The position numbers were made by a program, and so were the translations under genes. Below the pieces are notes generated by a model. That model worked only from the letters and a program-made list of their open reading frames with translations. It did not search any database and was not told the DNA's origin. A stretch of 64,000 nt of DNA, from assembly GCA_016618085.1 (NCBI GenBank), contig JABLTG010000025.1, positions 1 through 64,000 of the forward strand, given 5' to 3'. Positions 35,337 through 48,061 of this stretch are shown in pieces. The stretch's first letter is position 1. Each line of letters begins with the position of its first letter. Source of the stretch: Neovahlkampfia damariscottae (taxonomy: Eukaryota).

Positions 35337-37581
35337 ATGAAGTTGGTGATTACTCTATTACTCTCTACTTTGCTCGTTGTATTATCACAAGAGTTTCCAA
35401 CGATCCCAGAATCTTTTGCTATGAATGTGGAGTGGAATATTCGCCCAGAAAATAGATCATTCAGTTTTTCAGAAAATTATGACCACATTAACCAAAGAGT
35501 TAAATTTGTTTTTTATAACGAAACAGATACTGATATTGAATATTTCTTTTTAAAAACTGTAACTACTTGCATTTTTAATTTTTTTTTTTTAAAAAGAATG
35601 AAAGTTATAAGTGGGATCCAGAAGAAAATAAGTGTTCAAAAACACCTTGGAAACATCATCGTTTTATGGATAAAAATGGGAACTTACGTGGTGGCGCTCA
35701 ACTTTTTGGTCTTGGAGCAAATGCAACATACCATGGTAGACATTACGCTAGAAATATTTTATGTGACGCTTGGAGACATGTTCATCATTATCACGGAACA
35801 AAACATAACGTAACTACTTACACAACATGGTACTTTGCTGATGATGAATGGAATTTAAGAGGTCTAGGAAAACATAGAGTTCCAGTTAGGTAAAAAAAAA
35901 AAAAAAAAAATTAAAATTATGAAAAGAGTACATACTTATATTCACACAACACATCAACCATCTGAAAATAAAACAGATTCTTATCATGTGACGCAAGTTG
36001 AAATTACCGAATTCAGAACCAATGATACTTTTTATGAAGGAGAATTTATTGTACCACATCTTTGTAAAAGACCTTATGATCCAATTCCTTTACCAAAATT
36101 ACCGGAAAATTTTAGAACAACAATTTCATATACAAATACTCATGCAAAATTTTCTTGGAGTATTACTGAATATGTTGATCATCAAAATCAAAGAGAAAGA
36201 ATTGATTTTTTTGCAACCAACAAAACAGAAGAAATTTATATTGATTTGAAACATGTAAGAAAAAAAAACAATATTAAAAATTGTTTCAAAGAAATATGAA
36301 TATAGAATTATCAAAGGAAGAAATTTTGAATGTAATGCAAGACCAATCAAATCACAAAACAATAGATTTGAACATGATGGACAATTACTTGGTAGTTCAC
36401 AACTCTTTCAATTTGGAGAACAATACAATCCTGTTTATGAAGGAAGAGGTCATACCATAAGAGGAATTGAATGTGATTTATGGGTTTCACACTTTAATAT
36501 CACTATTCCTTATTGGAGAAATCCAAAAATTCATATCCATATAAACTATAAAATGTATTACTATTTCTCAGTTCAAGATTGGCGTATTAATCAAAGAGGA
36601 GAACATAGAATTCCTATTAGAATTGCACAAGTTCGTCAACATTTAAATCATACAACTGGATATGATGTAACTTATATGGATTTTAGTAATTTCATTGTTG
36701 GAAACTTTACAGGTGATGATGATGGAAGAGATGCAATTTGGCATGTTCCAGGATCTTGTTTAGCTGCTTATACTCCAATTCAATTACCAACATTACCTTG
36801 GGAATTTGATACAGATGCTGAGATTTCTGCAAATTATACAACATTCCATTTTAGAGAATATTATGATTATAAAAACAATCGTGCGAGATTTGATTATAGA
36901 ATTGGTGGAAATAGAACAACTGATATTTATCTTGTTGATGCTAAAAATCATTTTCATATTAATCATAATGGAAAATGTAAAGTATCATCAATCACATCAA
37001 ATTCTTCAATTGTCAAAGATGGTAATTTAAGATCAGTGAATTCACTTTTACATTTTGGAAATGAATATAATGAAAAATATATGGGAAGACATTTTGTTCG
37101 TGAAATTGAATGTGACAGATGGTGGATTAATTATACAAGAAATGGTCATTTTAATGTGATTAATTATTATTTCTCAGTTGAAGAATGGACAATGGATAGA
37201 TATGGAAAACATAGAGTACCAATTAGAGTTGAAATTGAAAGTTATAAATTACAACCTGGTCATCATCATCCAGTTGGTGGTCCATCTTTTTGGTTCTATT
37301 TTGATTACATTACATTTCATACATCACCACCAGATAATTATATTTATTTGACACCTGCTGTTTGTCTTGAAGAAAGTTTTGTTGGTTTAGATGCTCCTGC
37401 TGCTCTTGGTATGAGTGTTTTAACTGGAGGAGCTGGTGTATTTGGTGGTCTTATTGCTGGTTTAATCTTTGGAGGTATTTTATCACTTATTGCAGCAATT
37501 GTATCAAGAACATCAAAAATTAATCCTGCTTCTTTGGATATTGATCTTAGAGATACATCAGATACAATTCAAAATAATTAA
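35337..37581 (+). CDS. Type I membrane protein with three tandem ependymin-related/LolA-fold-like domains
   Basis: Signal peptide; three units P.LP..F...E.YD..N.R...R.I.CD.W...YYF...W......HR.P.R; C-terminal TM helix. Confidence 0.7.
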
Positions 37582-37682
37582 ATCAATATTTTAATTAAAA
37601 TCTTATTTTTAAATTGAACAACTATCAATTTGGATTGGAGAAATTATTAATGGAGATGAATTCTTAATCTTCAAAAAAGAAT

Positions 37683-39377
37683 TTATTTCAAATTTAACTT
37701 TTGTATTGAAGATGGAATCACATTCAACTCGCGAACATTCTTATTGATGGATGAAATTTTCATGAATTCAAGATATCTTTCACCTTCTGTTCCTTTCAAT
37801 AATTCAATTTTATCTTTCATTGTTTGAATTTCTAATGAATTTTGAGATTTTAAGAGTATTTCATTTGCTTCTTTTTCAGCTTTTGCTTTTTCAATCAATG
37901 CATCTCCTTGAATTTTTTCTTTTTCAAGAATTTCATTTGTCAAATTTTCATTTTCAAGTTTTATCAAACCATGTTTCAATTCTTCAATTTCACATTCTTG
38001 AAGAAGTCTTTCTTTTTCTTGTTCGTTTTGAGCCGTATCACTCAACTTTGAACAAAGAATTGTCATATTTGATTTGATACTTTCTTCCAATAATGAAGCA
38101 ATTTCAGCGTCAACTGGAATAATTTCTTTGACATCTAATTCAAAAATAAAAAATTGCATTTCCTCAAAGAATCTTCCTATGCCTTCAAATGTTTCTTTTT
38201 TCCCTTCAAAGACTGTTGGAATTGAATACTTTTTGAAAATTGATTTTCTCAAGATTTTTGCAGCTCCAGTATGAAATTCTTCAAAATTATGTTGTGATGA
38301 AGTTTCTCGAACTCTACTTCTTAAACTTTGACATGAATATCCAACGAAATCTCCCATAAACATTTTATCTAATTTTTCATCATCCAAAATGAATTTCCAT
38401 TTGTAACTTATGGTAATTTTTAACACTGCATTATCTTTAGTTCTGACGTTAAATTGATCAGGAAAATAATCTGGACCACATCTATTTTTATTGGTGAATG
38501 AAATAATATCTCACCTTAAAATTGCTGATTTCATTTGATTTTCTTCTTTTGGGAGACCCCCTGCTAAATTCAAAACTTTAACACCTTCGTGAGGACCAAG
38601 TAATAATGAAATAGGTCCGATTACGTATCTATTTTTATTCTTCAAATAATCAACAACACAAACAATTTCGTTCTTTTGAATTTGTAAATTATAAGCACGA
38701 CTTGATGCATTTTTTGGAATTCCTAATGCGGTATACTCTTCATTGGATAGTTTTTTATGATATTCTTCTTCATTGACTGATGGAATGAATGAAGTTGGTC
38801 CTTTAATCATTTTTAATTCTGATGTTCTTGTATTTCTGACATATATAGCTTCTCCTTGACTGATATTGATAGCAGGAACAATTTTGATCAATATTTCATT
38901 TACTGTTGGAATATAACTTGTTGGTCCTTTGATTATCCACTCTTCTCCTCTGAAAAATTCTATGTTAAAATAGATCAAAATTTACGCTTTTTTATCATCA
39001 AAATCTTGAGTTGCTTGAATAACAGCACCTGTACTGTTGTTTAAAATAATTACATCTTGAACTGATGCTGATAATACTTCTAAAGGGTATAATGAAAATA
39101 CAGCAGGTCCTTGTCGAATTTCAACTTCTTCAAAGAAAATTAAGTGAAATATTTTGATTTTACCTCCCATATGATAATTTGACTTTGTTTTATCGAAAGG
39201 ATTTTCGACTGAACAATACTGATTTTGTCTTAAAGTTATTTTATTTTGTTTTCCATCTGGGCAAGATTCACTGCTACTTAATGTTATGCGTTTTGGTCCT
39301 TCGACTAAGTATTGAGATCCATCTTCATTGTTTGTGATGTGAGTATATTCATTGTCATAAAGAACAAGTGTGGACAT
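37683..39377 (-). CDS. MVP: Short major vault protein homologue A (529 aa, 4 exons)
   Basis: Introns 39128-39163, 38950-38985 and 38482-38514 give a 1590-nt CDS; vault repeats (QYCSVENP, AGEEWIIKGP); shoulder GPDYFPDQFNVRTKDNA...DFVGYSCQSLRSRVR...FEEFH. Confidence 0.9.
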
Positions 39378-39590
39378 GATGTCTGTTTGTTTAATTTTTT
39401 TTCTGTTAAAGTTGGTGTGATTGGCTGTAATAAAATACAACTGATCTAATAATAACTCGAGAAACGTTGGAAAAGAACAAATCCAAAAATTTTATTAAAA
39501 TACCAACCAATCATTCATCTCCTGAAAAGTTATTTTTATCCACCAATAGTATTAATAGGCAAATGAAAATTCTCTCAAACAAAAACAAAA
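39378..39590. promoter_or_regulatory. Putative bidirectional promoter of the MVP pair
   Basis: 213 bp between divergent ATGs; GATTGG 39419-39424, CCAAT 39507-39511 and 39543-39547. Confidence 0.65.
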
Positions 39591-41236
39591 ATGGCAAGCA
39601 AATTACTCATTGAAAACACATACGTACATGTGATTAATCAAGACACTGGAGATGTTTCAACAAAAATTGGACCTCAAAGAATCGTGTTAAAAGGAAATGA
39701 AAAATTTCTTGGTGATAGAAAAAACTGCGAAGTCATCAAAAAAGGAGAATTTGCGATTTTAAAAAATCCTTTTGATGAAAAAAATAATATTTGTCAAATG
39801 GGTGAAAGAAAAGTTATCGTGGGACCAACAGTTTATGCATTAAAATACAAAGAAGTAAATCAAAAAAAATTAACACAATCAGCTTTTTGAACAATATGCA
39901 ACACCTTCTTACTTATTGAATAGTACACAAGCTCTTCGTTGTGAAACTTTAGAAGACAATGGAAAATTAAAAGCTGGTGATGTTTGGCAAATTAAAGGAC
40001 CAACTTCTTTCATTCCAGATAAATACACAAATGTTATCAAAATTGTGAACTCAATATTGATTAATGATAATCAAGGTATTTATGTAATTAATACAAAAAC
40101 AAGTGAAAAAAAATTAGTCAAAGGTCCACAAAGTTATTTGTTAACATCTGATGAAGAATTGTATCAAAAAAAATTCTCAGAAATTGAGATTAAAGCATTA
40201 AAGTTATCTTCAACACCAACTCATATCGCTACAGTTGTGACTTTATTAGATGGTGATGTTCTTTGTGTTTTGGATGCTGAAAAAAAAGTAAAAAACAACA
40301 ATAAAACATTGCTCACATGTTTGACAGGAAAAAATTGAAATTGGACCAGGATTTAGAATTTTAGGACCTGAAGAACAAGTAAAAGTGTTATATTTAAGTG
40401 CTAAGAAACCAAAAATACCAAATCAAATTAAAGCAGCGATTATTAAAAAAGGGCCAAGTTTTATGAGTGATACTTTCATTGTTAGTACAAGAGATAATTG
40501 TCAATTGAATATGTACTGCACTTATAAATGGGAATTCATTGTTGATGAGAAACAAAGCAATTTAATTTTCTCAACAAATGATTTCATTGGATATGCTTGT
40601 AATACTCTATGTTCAAGAATTCGAGAAGAAGCAGCATCATACAATTTTGAAGAATTCCACAACAAAACTGTCAAAATTCTCAGAGATTCATTATTCAAAG
40701 ATAACGAAATTTCAGATTCAAATGGAAACAAAACTATTCATTTTGGTCTATTTTTTGAAGAGATCAATCTTTTAATTAGTGAAATAGATATCAGAAACAT
40801 TGAACCAACAAATCATGAAATCTCAAAATTATTACACGAAAGTATTAAAAGTAATATGAGAATGGTATGTTCAAAAATGGAACAAGAAGCAAACATGGAA
40901 GCAAAGAAATTAAACATCAAAGCTCAAGAAGATATTCAAAAAATTAAACAAAAACTTTTAGAAATTCAAAACAAAAATTTGAAATTAGAGACAGTTGAAA
41001 AAGCAAAGATTGAAGGTTTGGCATTAATCGAAAAAGCAAAAGCAGAAGATCAAGCAAAATCATTAATTGAGAAATCAACAATTGATTGGGAAAATCAAAA
41101 AATGAAAGATATAATTCAATTACTTTCACATGAAGATGGAAAGAAATATTTGGAACTTCAAAAAATTATCAACTTATCTGAAATATCACAAACTTGGTAT
41201 TTAAATAGTGACTCAAAAGTTGAATTGTTGAAATAA
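39591..41236 (+). CDS. MVP: Short major vault protein homologue B (525 aa, 3 exons)
   Basis: Introns 39855-39882 and 40288-40327 give a 1578-nt CDS; YVHVINQDTG...GP, AGDVWQIKGP, LGPEEQVKVLYLSAKKPK, GPSFMSDTFIVSTRDN...DFIGYACNTLCSRIR. Confidence 0.9.
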
Positions 41237-41318
41237 ATGTTTTTTAAGAAAAAAGGATCTTTTTGGATCAACAAAACAAATTGAAAAAAAAAAGAATGAA
41301 TTTTGAACAAAAGAAATT

Positions 41319-42634
41319 TTAATTTTTTTTCCATGGATAATTATCTGGTAATCCAGGAACAATTGGTAAACTTGGAATCAAATTAAAAATTCCTGGTAAA
41401 ATTGGAGGAACATTATTATCAATCACATGATCATTTTCAGATATTCCAGGTACAATAGGTTGCATCATCAAAGCACTTGGTGAAAATATTGTTGAAAGAT
41501 AATGTTGAGAATCAAGTTGTGATAAAATTTCTTCTTCAGTTTTTTGTTGACTTGTTGTATTCATTTGTAAACTTGATTTAAAAGATTCATAATCTTCATC
41601 ATCTTTTGCAAAAGCAGGTTGATTTTGATCACCCAGATCAATTGTACTTACATATTTATTGAGATAAACATTTTTTTTTCCATAGTTTTCTAAATTTTCC
41701 ATGAGTGGTTTTTGATCTAAAACTGAAGTTGTTGGTCTATTTGGATCTTCATCTCTTAAAGTACCATGAATTCTAGCTAAATCTCTTAATTGTTCTCTTT
41801 TTAATTCATTCTTTCCTTCTTCAATTGGAATTAATAATTTTAGAATCATTTGATTTGCCATATGTAGAGATTTATCATTATCAGATGTTACTAAAACATG
41901 TAAATCTTCATCTTCTCCTGGTATTGATTTTCCATATTTTCTGAATGTTTCAAAACCAGGTTTAGGTTTTATACTACCTTTACCTCGAATAGCAATTTTA
42001 GCTCTACATTCCTTTTTAAAATAATTTAGAAATTTTAAATAATAAATTATACCATTTCCATTTGTCTCTGAGTTTTACCTCTTGGTCCAATAATTAAACC
42101 AATAAAATTATAATCTGGGTTTTTGTCCATTGGAATCCAAATTTTTTGAGTAACTTTTTTAGGTTCTGGATGATATTCAGGTACTGTAAACATTGGATGA
42201 AGTTCTTGTGCTTCTTTAATCAATTGTTGTCTTTCTTTTTGTAGTCTTTGTTTTATTCTTTGATCTCTTGTGTTGGATTTTACACCTCTACTATCATAAA
42301 TAGGTTCAGGTGAAGGTGATCTTCTTTCTGAATCATCAACTATGATTTCACTTGATAAACGATTGTTTATTTCGTCTAATCTTCCACGAATAAGAGAAGC
42401 ATTTAAAGCTTCTTCATTTAAACCCCATGGAAGTAATAATGGATGTCCAGGAAGGTATACTTTAACGTTTGACCAACGTGATATTTTCTTTGGTTTTGGT
42501 TTTGAAGTCAAAAGAGACTCTTTTGGTTGTTCTTGAAATTTTGGTAAATTTAAGACACTTGGTTGTTCTATATCATCTTCTCTCTTTCTTTTATGAGATT
42601 TTGAGTACAAATTATCTGGTGGTGGAATTTCCAT
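41319..42634 (-). CDS. SF1: Splicing factor 1 / branchpoint-bridging protein
   Basis: SRW ULM, RSPSPEPIYD, KH domain NFIGLIIGPRG, QUA2 NELKREQLRDLARIHGTLR. Confidence 0.95.
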
Positions 42635-42834
42635 CTTTCCTCTGTTTGTTTGGTTGTTATTGAAAAAAAAAATGTTATGATTGGATGAAAAAAAAAAAAC
42701 TTAAATTATTTTTTTCAATGCTTCTCAATTTTATAATAATAGAAATCAAAATTAAAATTATTTTTAGAAAGTTGTTTATTGGTCAAAATGGGTGACCGTT
42801 GTTTATTTGCTTGAATTTTTTTCTGTGCAAAAAC

Positions 42835-44006
42835 ATGGAGAGAATTAGAAACTGGTTATTGCATAAAATAGAAACTGATAAAACTGTACAAAAATTTCAA
42901 AAACTATGCGGAGTTAAAAAAGATAAAGGAAATTCATTTACCATTTCAAGCAAAGCACTCCACCTTTATTTCACTATCGGTTCATTATTCGGCTATGAAT
43001 TATTTTATATGTTATTTTTTTCATACCTCGCATGGAATGATTCAATTTCAAGAACAGTTCGTTTAGTTGCTTTATGGGCAACAACAAAGTAACATTCCAT
43101 CAACAAAACTAATTTTAAAAGTTATATTGGTAGAAAAAAACAATATTTTTTAATTTTTTTATTAGCGCATGCAATTAAAGATACAATGAGATTACCAAGA
43201 CCAAATGCTCCAGACGTTGTTAAAATGGATAAAACTTGTGAAACAGAATATGGATTTCCTTCATCACATTCAATTGCAGCAGCTGGTTTATCGCCTTATT
43301 TATGTTATATGCTTGTGACTGAAATTGATAGTTTGTATTTTAAAATTTTCATAATTTGTTTTACGCTTTTTCATACTTCATCAATGACCCTCAGTAGATT
43401 ATATATGGGAGCTCATTCTATTGTTGACTGTAATAAAAAAAAAATCATCACTAATTCACAATGAATCTAGGTATCGCTGGTTATTCATTAGGTTTAATCG
43501 CTTTTGCTTTTTTTGTTCGTTATGGAGATAGTTATTACAATTGGGTTATTGAAAAAGACTTCACTTATACTTCAACTGTTTTAATTTTAGCAACTTTATC
43601 ATTGTTATACTGCTATCCATTTCCGGAAAAATATACAACTGCTTTTGGTGATTCAGCTGCATCTATTTGTGTTTTACTTGGTATTTCTTTGGCTTCAAAT
43701 GTACATGCTCACAATAATATGTTGGAATTCTTTTCAAAATCAAGTTCGCATCTTGAACATGGATTTGTTTGGATGTTTGGTATCGTAATTGCAAGATTAT
43801 TGGTTGGATATTTTATAATATTTGCGACTAGATTAATTTTCAAATCATTAACTTTATCAATTGTTCATAGAATGACATCATTAGATCCGGAAACAAAAGA
43901 TTCATACACAAAAGAAGTTCCAACAAAATTAGTAGTTTATTCAATGATTGGATGGAATTGCGTTTATACTGTACCTTTAATTTTTGCAAAACTTGGTTTA
44001 AATTAG
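42835..44006 (+). CDS. Sphingosine-1-phosphate phosphatase (PAP2 family)
   Basis: KD..RLPRP, EYGFPSSHS, SRLYMGAHSIVD; multiple TM helices. Confidence 0.9.
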
Positions 44007-44071
44007 TTTAGATCAAAAAGAATAAATTTTCCGATATTTTTTTTCTACCAATAAAACAAACACTTTCGAAC

Positions 44072-45465
44072 ATGTTGATGTCTCAACTAAAAGACAAAGA
44101 CTCAAAAGAAATCAATGATCAATTAAAATTCAAATGTAATAGCAACTCAAATATCTAAAAAAAAAGCATGTAGTGAACGAAGAAGAAATCGAAAATTTGT
44201 ATAATTTTTTTTTGTAAACTAAAAAGTTTGACAGCAAAAAAGTAACATTTCTTTTTACTCATTCCTAGAAATTTATTTGAAGATGAATTGAGATTTTTAC
44301 AATTTCCATAAATTTTCAATATGAAGATCATCCTTATTTTTATAATTTCGACATGAAACATTGATACATATTCTATGTGAATCCTCTAAAAATCCCATTT
44401 CGTCACCACAATACCCACACATGTAAGATAATTGTGTTGGATGATAAATTGCAGATGCTTCTGTTCTTGATTCATTTTCACTTTCGGTTTGGGAAATTGT
44501 TTTTCTTTGTGATAAAAATTGAATTTCTGAAGATGTCCCTAATGGATGAGTGAAGTACAATACATGAAATGTTTTTGCAGTTTTTGTTGAAATATTTTCT
44601 GAGTATTTCTTGAGGGAATTGCCTGAAATTGAATTAAATTCTACGTAATTAACACAGAATTCATGATCTTTTTGACAATAACATTCCTCTATTTTTTTGA
44701 TAGATTCAATTTTTTGTCCAAACGTGATATAGAGCTTTATTCTGCATTTATTTATTTGAGATAGAAACAAAACTCTGAAAGGAGAGATAATCCAGATTGT
44801 GTCATACATAATTGTTCTATTCAAATAAGCATTAAATATGTCTACTGAAAATTTGAAACAAATTATTTCAAGACTTTTTTTTGGTTCTGATGAAAATCTA
44901 AAATCAACAGGATGCCTAATACAAATCCCTTTCTGTATCGTGTCAATCATTTTTCCCATATCCAGGATTTTTTGAATTTCATGTTCATATTTTTTAGTGT
45001 AATTACTCATTGATAACATTCGAAACTGTTGTTGCATGAACAAATTCATGATCAAATTCATTTCAAAAGAACCAATCAAATTGAATTATACAAAAGAAAA
45101 ATTTATATCTTTGATTGTTTCTAATTTATCAAATGTGGTTCAGTTTGTTTCGAGAAGGAAAAATATCAAAATTCTTGACATTACTTTATCCAGGTTTGTA
45201 CAATGTTTATTTTTTATTATTTAATAGATGCTCCTGTTGATGTTTTTGGAAATATTTTGTAACAAAAGAAGAAATGAAAAATTTCAGAACAAAAGTGTTT
45301 CATGCTGAAGGAAAAGATGTCAATGATTCAAATATCATTGAAGGTATTGATAATTGGGTGACCAAAATGTTCTCTATAATTGATAAAAATACTGATGGAA
45401 AAATTACAAGAGAAGAAATGCATGCAGCATGTGAAAAGGACTCCTCTTTGATTGATGAACTCTAA
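44072..45465 (+). pseudogene. Calcineurin-B/CBL-like EF-hand gene, split by an antisense gene
   Basis: 5' exons splice to ...KFKLNEEEIENLYNFFCKL; 3' part FVTKEEMK...IDKNTDGKITREEM; no continuous frame between the two parts. Confidence 0.5.
44297..45049 (-). CDS. Intron-less hypothetical protein with C-terminal zinc ribbon
   Basis: Long ORF; CGYC...CINVSC; CCAAT box near 45073, just upstream. Confidence 0.6.
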   Translation of the reverse strand: MNLFMQQQFRMLSMSNYTKKYEHEIQKILDMGKMIDTIQKGICIRHPVDFRFSSEPKKSLEIICFKFSVDIFNAYLNRTIMYDTIWIISPFRVLFLSQINKCRIKLYITFGQKIESIKKIEECYCQKDHEFCVNYVEFNSISGNSLKKYSENISTKTAKTFHVLYFTHPLGTSSEIQFLSQRKTISQTESENESRTEASAIYHPTQLSYMCGYCGDEMGFLEDSHRICINVSCRNYKNKDDLHIENLWKL

Positions 45466-45572
45466 AATGTTGATAAAATCTTTAATTTATTTCTCATACC
45501 TTTTTCATCTTGGCTTAGACAGTTTATAAATAGATTGGAAGTTTTTTTGAACCAATCATTCTGCTTTCAACA

Positions 45573-46337
45573 ATGAACTATAATCAACAACAAGGCTCAT
45601 TTGGCAACCAACCACAACAAAACTACAATGGAATGATACCACAACAACAACAAATTTATGGTGGAAATATTCCACAACAACAATACCAAAGTCAAAACGA
45701 TGTTCAATCACAACTTCAACAACTTCAACTTCAACTTCAATCACAACAAAAAGAAATTGATGATTTAAAAAAAATGGTTTATGACCTTCAAAAACACAAC
45801 AAAAGTCAAGATGTCTTTAACAGTAATGTGCCACAATATCAAAATCAAACAACTCAAGTATTTTCTGGACAAATCCAACAACCACAACAAAGTTATTCCG
45901 GACAAATTCAACAAGGTTATTCTAATCCAATTGGAAAAAATTATCCAGTTTACAGATATGTATCAAGTGTTCCACATTATAAATACTACATTTCAACTAG
46001 CTTAGATGATGCACCAAAGGGATTTCAAAGAGATAAAAAATTTCACAATTTTAATTGTCCTGATCCAAGTTTACCTAATGTAATCCCTATTTACAGAATC
46101 AAATGTTTAACTTATCCTTCACAAGGATATCTTTATCGTAAAGAAAAAATGGAAACAAAAGATTGGTCAGTTGACGGAATATGCTGTTATTTATTCAAGT
46201 ATCCAGGAGATATGTTGATTCCAATTTATTTACAACCTTGTCAGAATCCACATCGTGAAATTATAAATCCAAAATCAAATACTTCTGGATCATGGAAAGA
46301 TTCTGAAATTCTTGGATATGCTTATGAAGAAAAATAA
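45573..46337 (+). CDS. Gln-rich/coiled-coil protein with DUF5648-like repeat domain
   Basis: Q-rich N-terminus; three P(V/I)YR/PIYL units, final LGYAY. Confidence 0.65.
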   Translation: MNYNQQQGSFGNQPQQNYNGMIPQQQQIYGGNIPQQQYQSQNDVQSQLQQLQLQLQSQQKEIDDLKKMVYDLQKHNKSQDVFNSNVPQYQNQTTQVFSGQIQQPQQSYSGQIQQGYSNPIGKNYPVYRYVSSVPHYKYYISTSLDDAPKGFQRDKKFHNFNCPDPSLPNVIPIYRIKCLTYPSQGYLYRKEKMETKDWSVDGICCYLFKYPGDMLIPIYLQPCQNPHREIINPKSNTSGSWKDSEILGYAYEEK

Positions 46338-46339
46338 AT

Positions 46340-46813
46340 TTATTTTTTCGTAAATTTTTTTAAATCGATTTGATGTTTTTCCAAGACATATTCTTTTGCG
46401 TCTTTTCCTGAAACTTCTACACCTTTTCCAGTAAGTTTTACAAGGTCTCCTTCTTTATGATAAGTACCAATTACAGTTCTTGTTGTTGTTGATTGAAATT
46501 CGTTAAAAGTAAATTTTAAATCTTTCGTGAATTTAATTTGTGTTTTTAATTCTCCTTCTTCAAAGACATATGTACCATCAAAACTATCTTCTCTTTTATA
46601 ATTTTTCAAATCAACTTCTGTATCCAATAAAAATTCTTGGGCTTCTTTTCCTACAACTTCAACTCCTGAACCTTTTAATTTAATTTTTTCGCCATTTTTT
46701 TCATAAATTCCAATAACTGATTTAGAAGTATCTTCTTTTATTTCTTTGAAACTAAATTTTGAATCCTTAGTAAACTTTATACTAATTCCACCTGATACAT
46801 AAGTTCCGTCCAT
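46340..46813 (-). CDS. Small protein made of two ~78-aa beta-rich repeats
   Basis: DGTYV...IKFTKD.KF.F.E...VIG.Y.K.G...KL.G.GVEV.GK.A.E occurs twice. Confidence 0.8.
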   Translation of the reverse strand: MDGTYVSGGISIKFTKDSKFSFKEIKEDTSKSVIGIYEKNGEKIKLKGSGVEVVGKEAQEFLLDTEVDLKNYKREDSFDGTYVFEEGELKTQIKFTKDLKFTFNEFQSTTTRTVIGTYHKEGDLVKLTGKGVEVSGKDAKEYVLEKHQIDLKKFTKK

Positions 46814-47153
46814 TTCTCTTCAAATTTTTTGATTGTTGAAAGACGTGCTGAAATTGACCAATGAAACAACACAACGAATCAAATCGAAAGTTTGTTCAAT
46901 TTTCAGGAATGACAAAAATACACATAATTTTAAAGGGAAAATAAAGGTTCTCAAATAAAAGAATTTTTTAATTTTGATATTCTACACATAAGTTTTGAAT
47001 ATTATTAAATTGAGTTTTCGAAATTATATTGTGTAGAATACAACAGAATGATCACGTCAATCAACTTTAAACCTTGTAAGTGCTTGTATAAAGCAGGTTG
47101 AATACAAAGAGTTCCAGTAAATCCTTTTGATTTGTCTTTTTTTTTATCATTTC

Positions 47154-48061
47154 CTAGTTCAATAATTGTTGTTCAGTATTACATATAGAACACACTTTTC
47201 TATGTTCTATCATCTCTTTTTTATTTTTTGGCTTTTCAATTTTTTTTTCTTGAATAATTTTCCATTTGGATAGTATTTTTCCAGTAATATGCCAAATATC
47301 AACATTGATACTAATATCTTTGTCATCACATAATATTTTAAATTCTTTCATTCTTTTAATAGAATCAGGGCATCCATCTCCGGTTATAGAATCAACTGAA
47401 AATAATTTAAAAGAAACTCGATATAAAACTCTGTAAAATCTACAATATTCAAATTTTCAAAAATTGAGTCAATATAAAAGATAAAAAAACATTTCTGTCC
47501 ATCACAGAAGATCCATCTTTCAGTTTCTCTGAACTTCTCCATTCATATAAATGATCTTTATGGCATTTTAGTACAACAACCAAGGTACTTCCTTCAAAAT
47601 ATTGACGAAAAATGTTTAACTTGTATTTACAATGAAAGCATTCGGTTCCATTGTAATTAAAGAGTTCTTTTACTTTTTCTACTGATATTATAATATTTCT
47701 ATCTATTTTTGAATCTTCATCTGAAGTATAACCTATTGCTTCATCATCTGAAGAATCTAAATCTATTTCATCAAGTGATAATTTTCGTTGAGACTTTCTT
47801 AAAACACCTAAGTCCTTCAAAAAAGTGTTCTTTTTATGTGTTTCCTCCTTTTGAACAACTTTTGTAAAGTATTGAATTTTATTGTACAAGAAATTCTCCA
47901 CAATTATAACAATACAAATTTTGTTTTCTTTTTCTCTGTTTCACGACTTTATTATTTTCAATCACTTCTATTTTGTTTTCTAATTCTTCAGGTAAGTGAT
48001 AGCATGGACGTTCAACGTATCCTTTCAAACATACACAACAAGTAAATGTTTGGTTTTTCAT
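47154..48061 (-). pseudogene. Degenerate Mutator-like transposase remnant
   Basis: Fragmented ORFs with Cys clusters, CHKDHLYEWRSS, ITGDG and DIWH motifs; frameshifts and apparent internal deletion. Confidence 0.55.
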
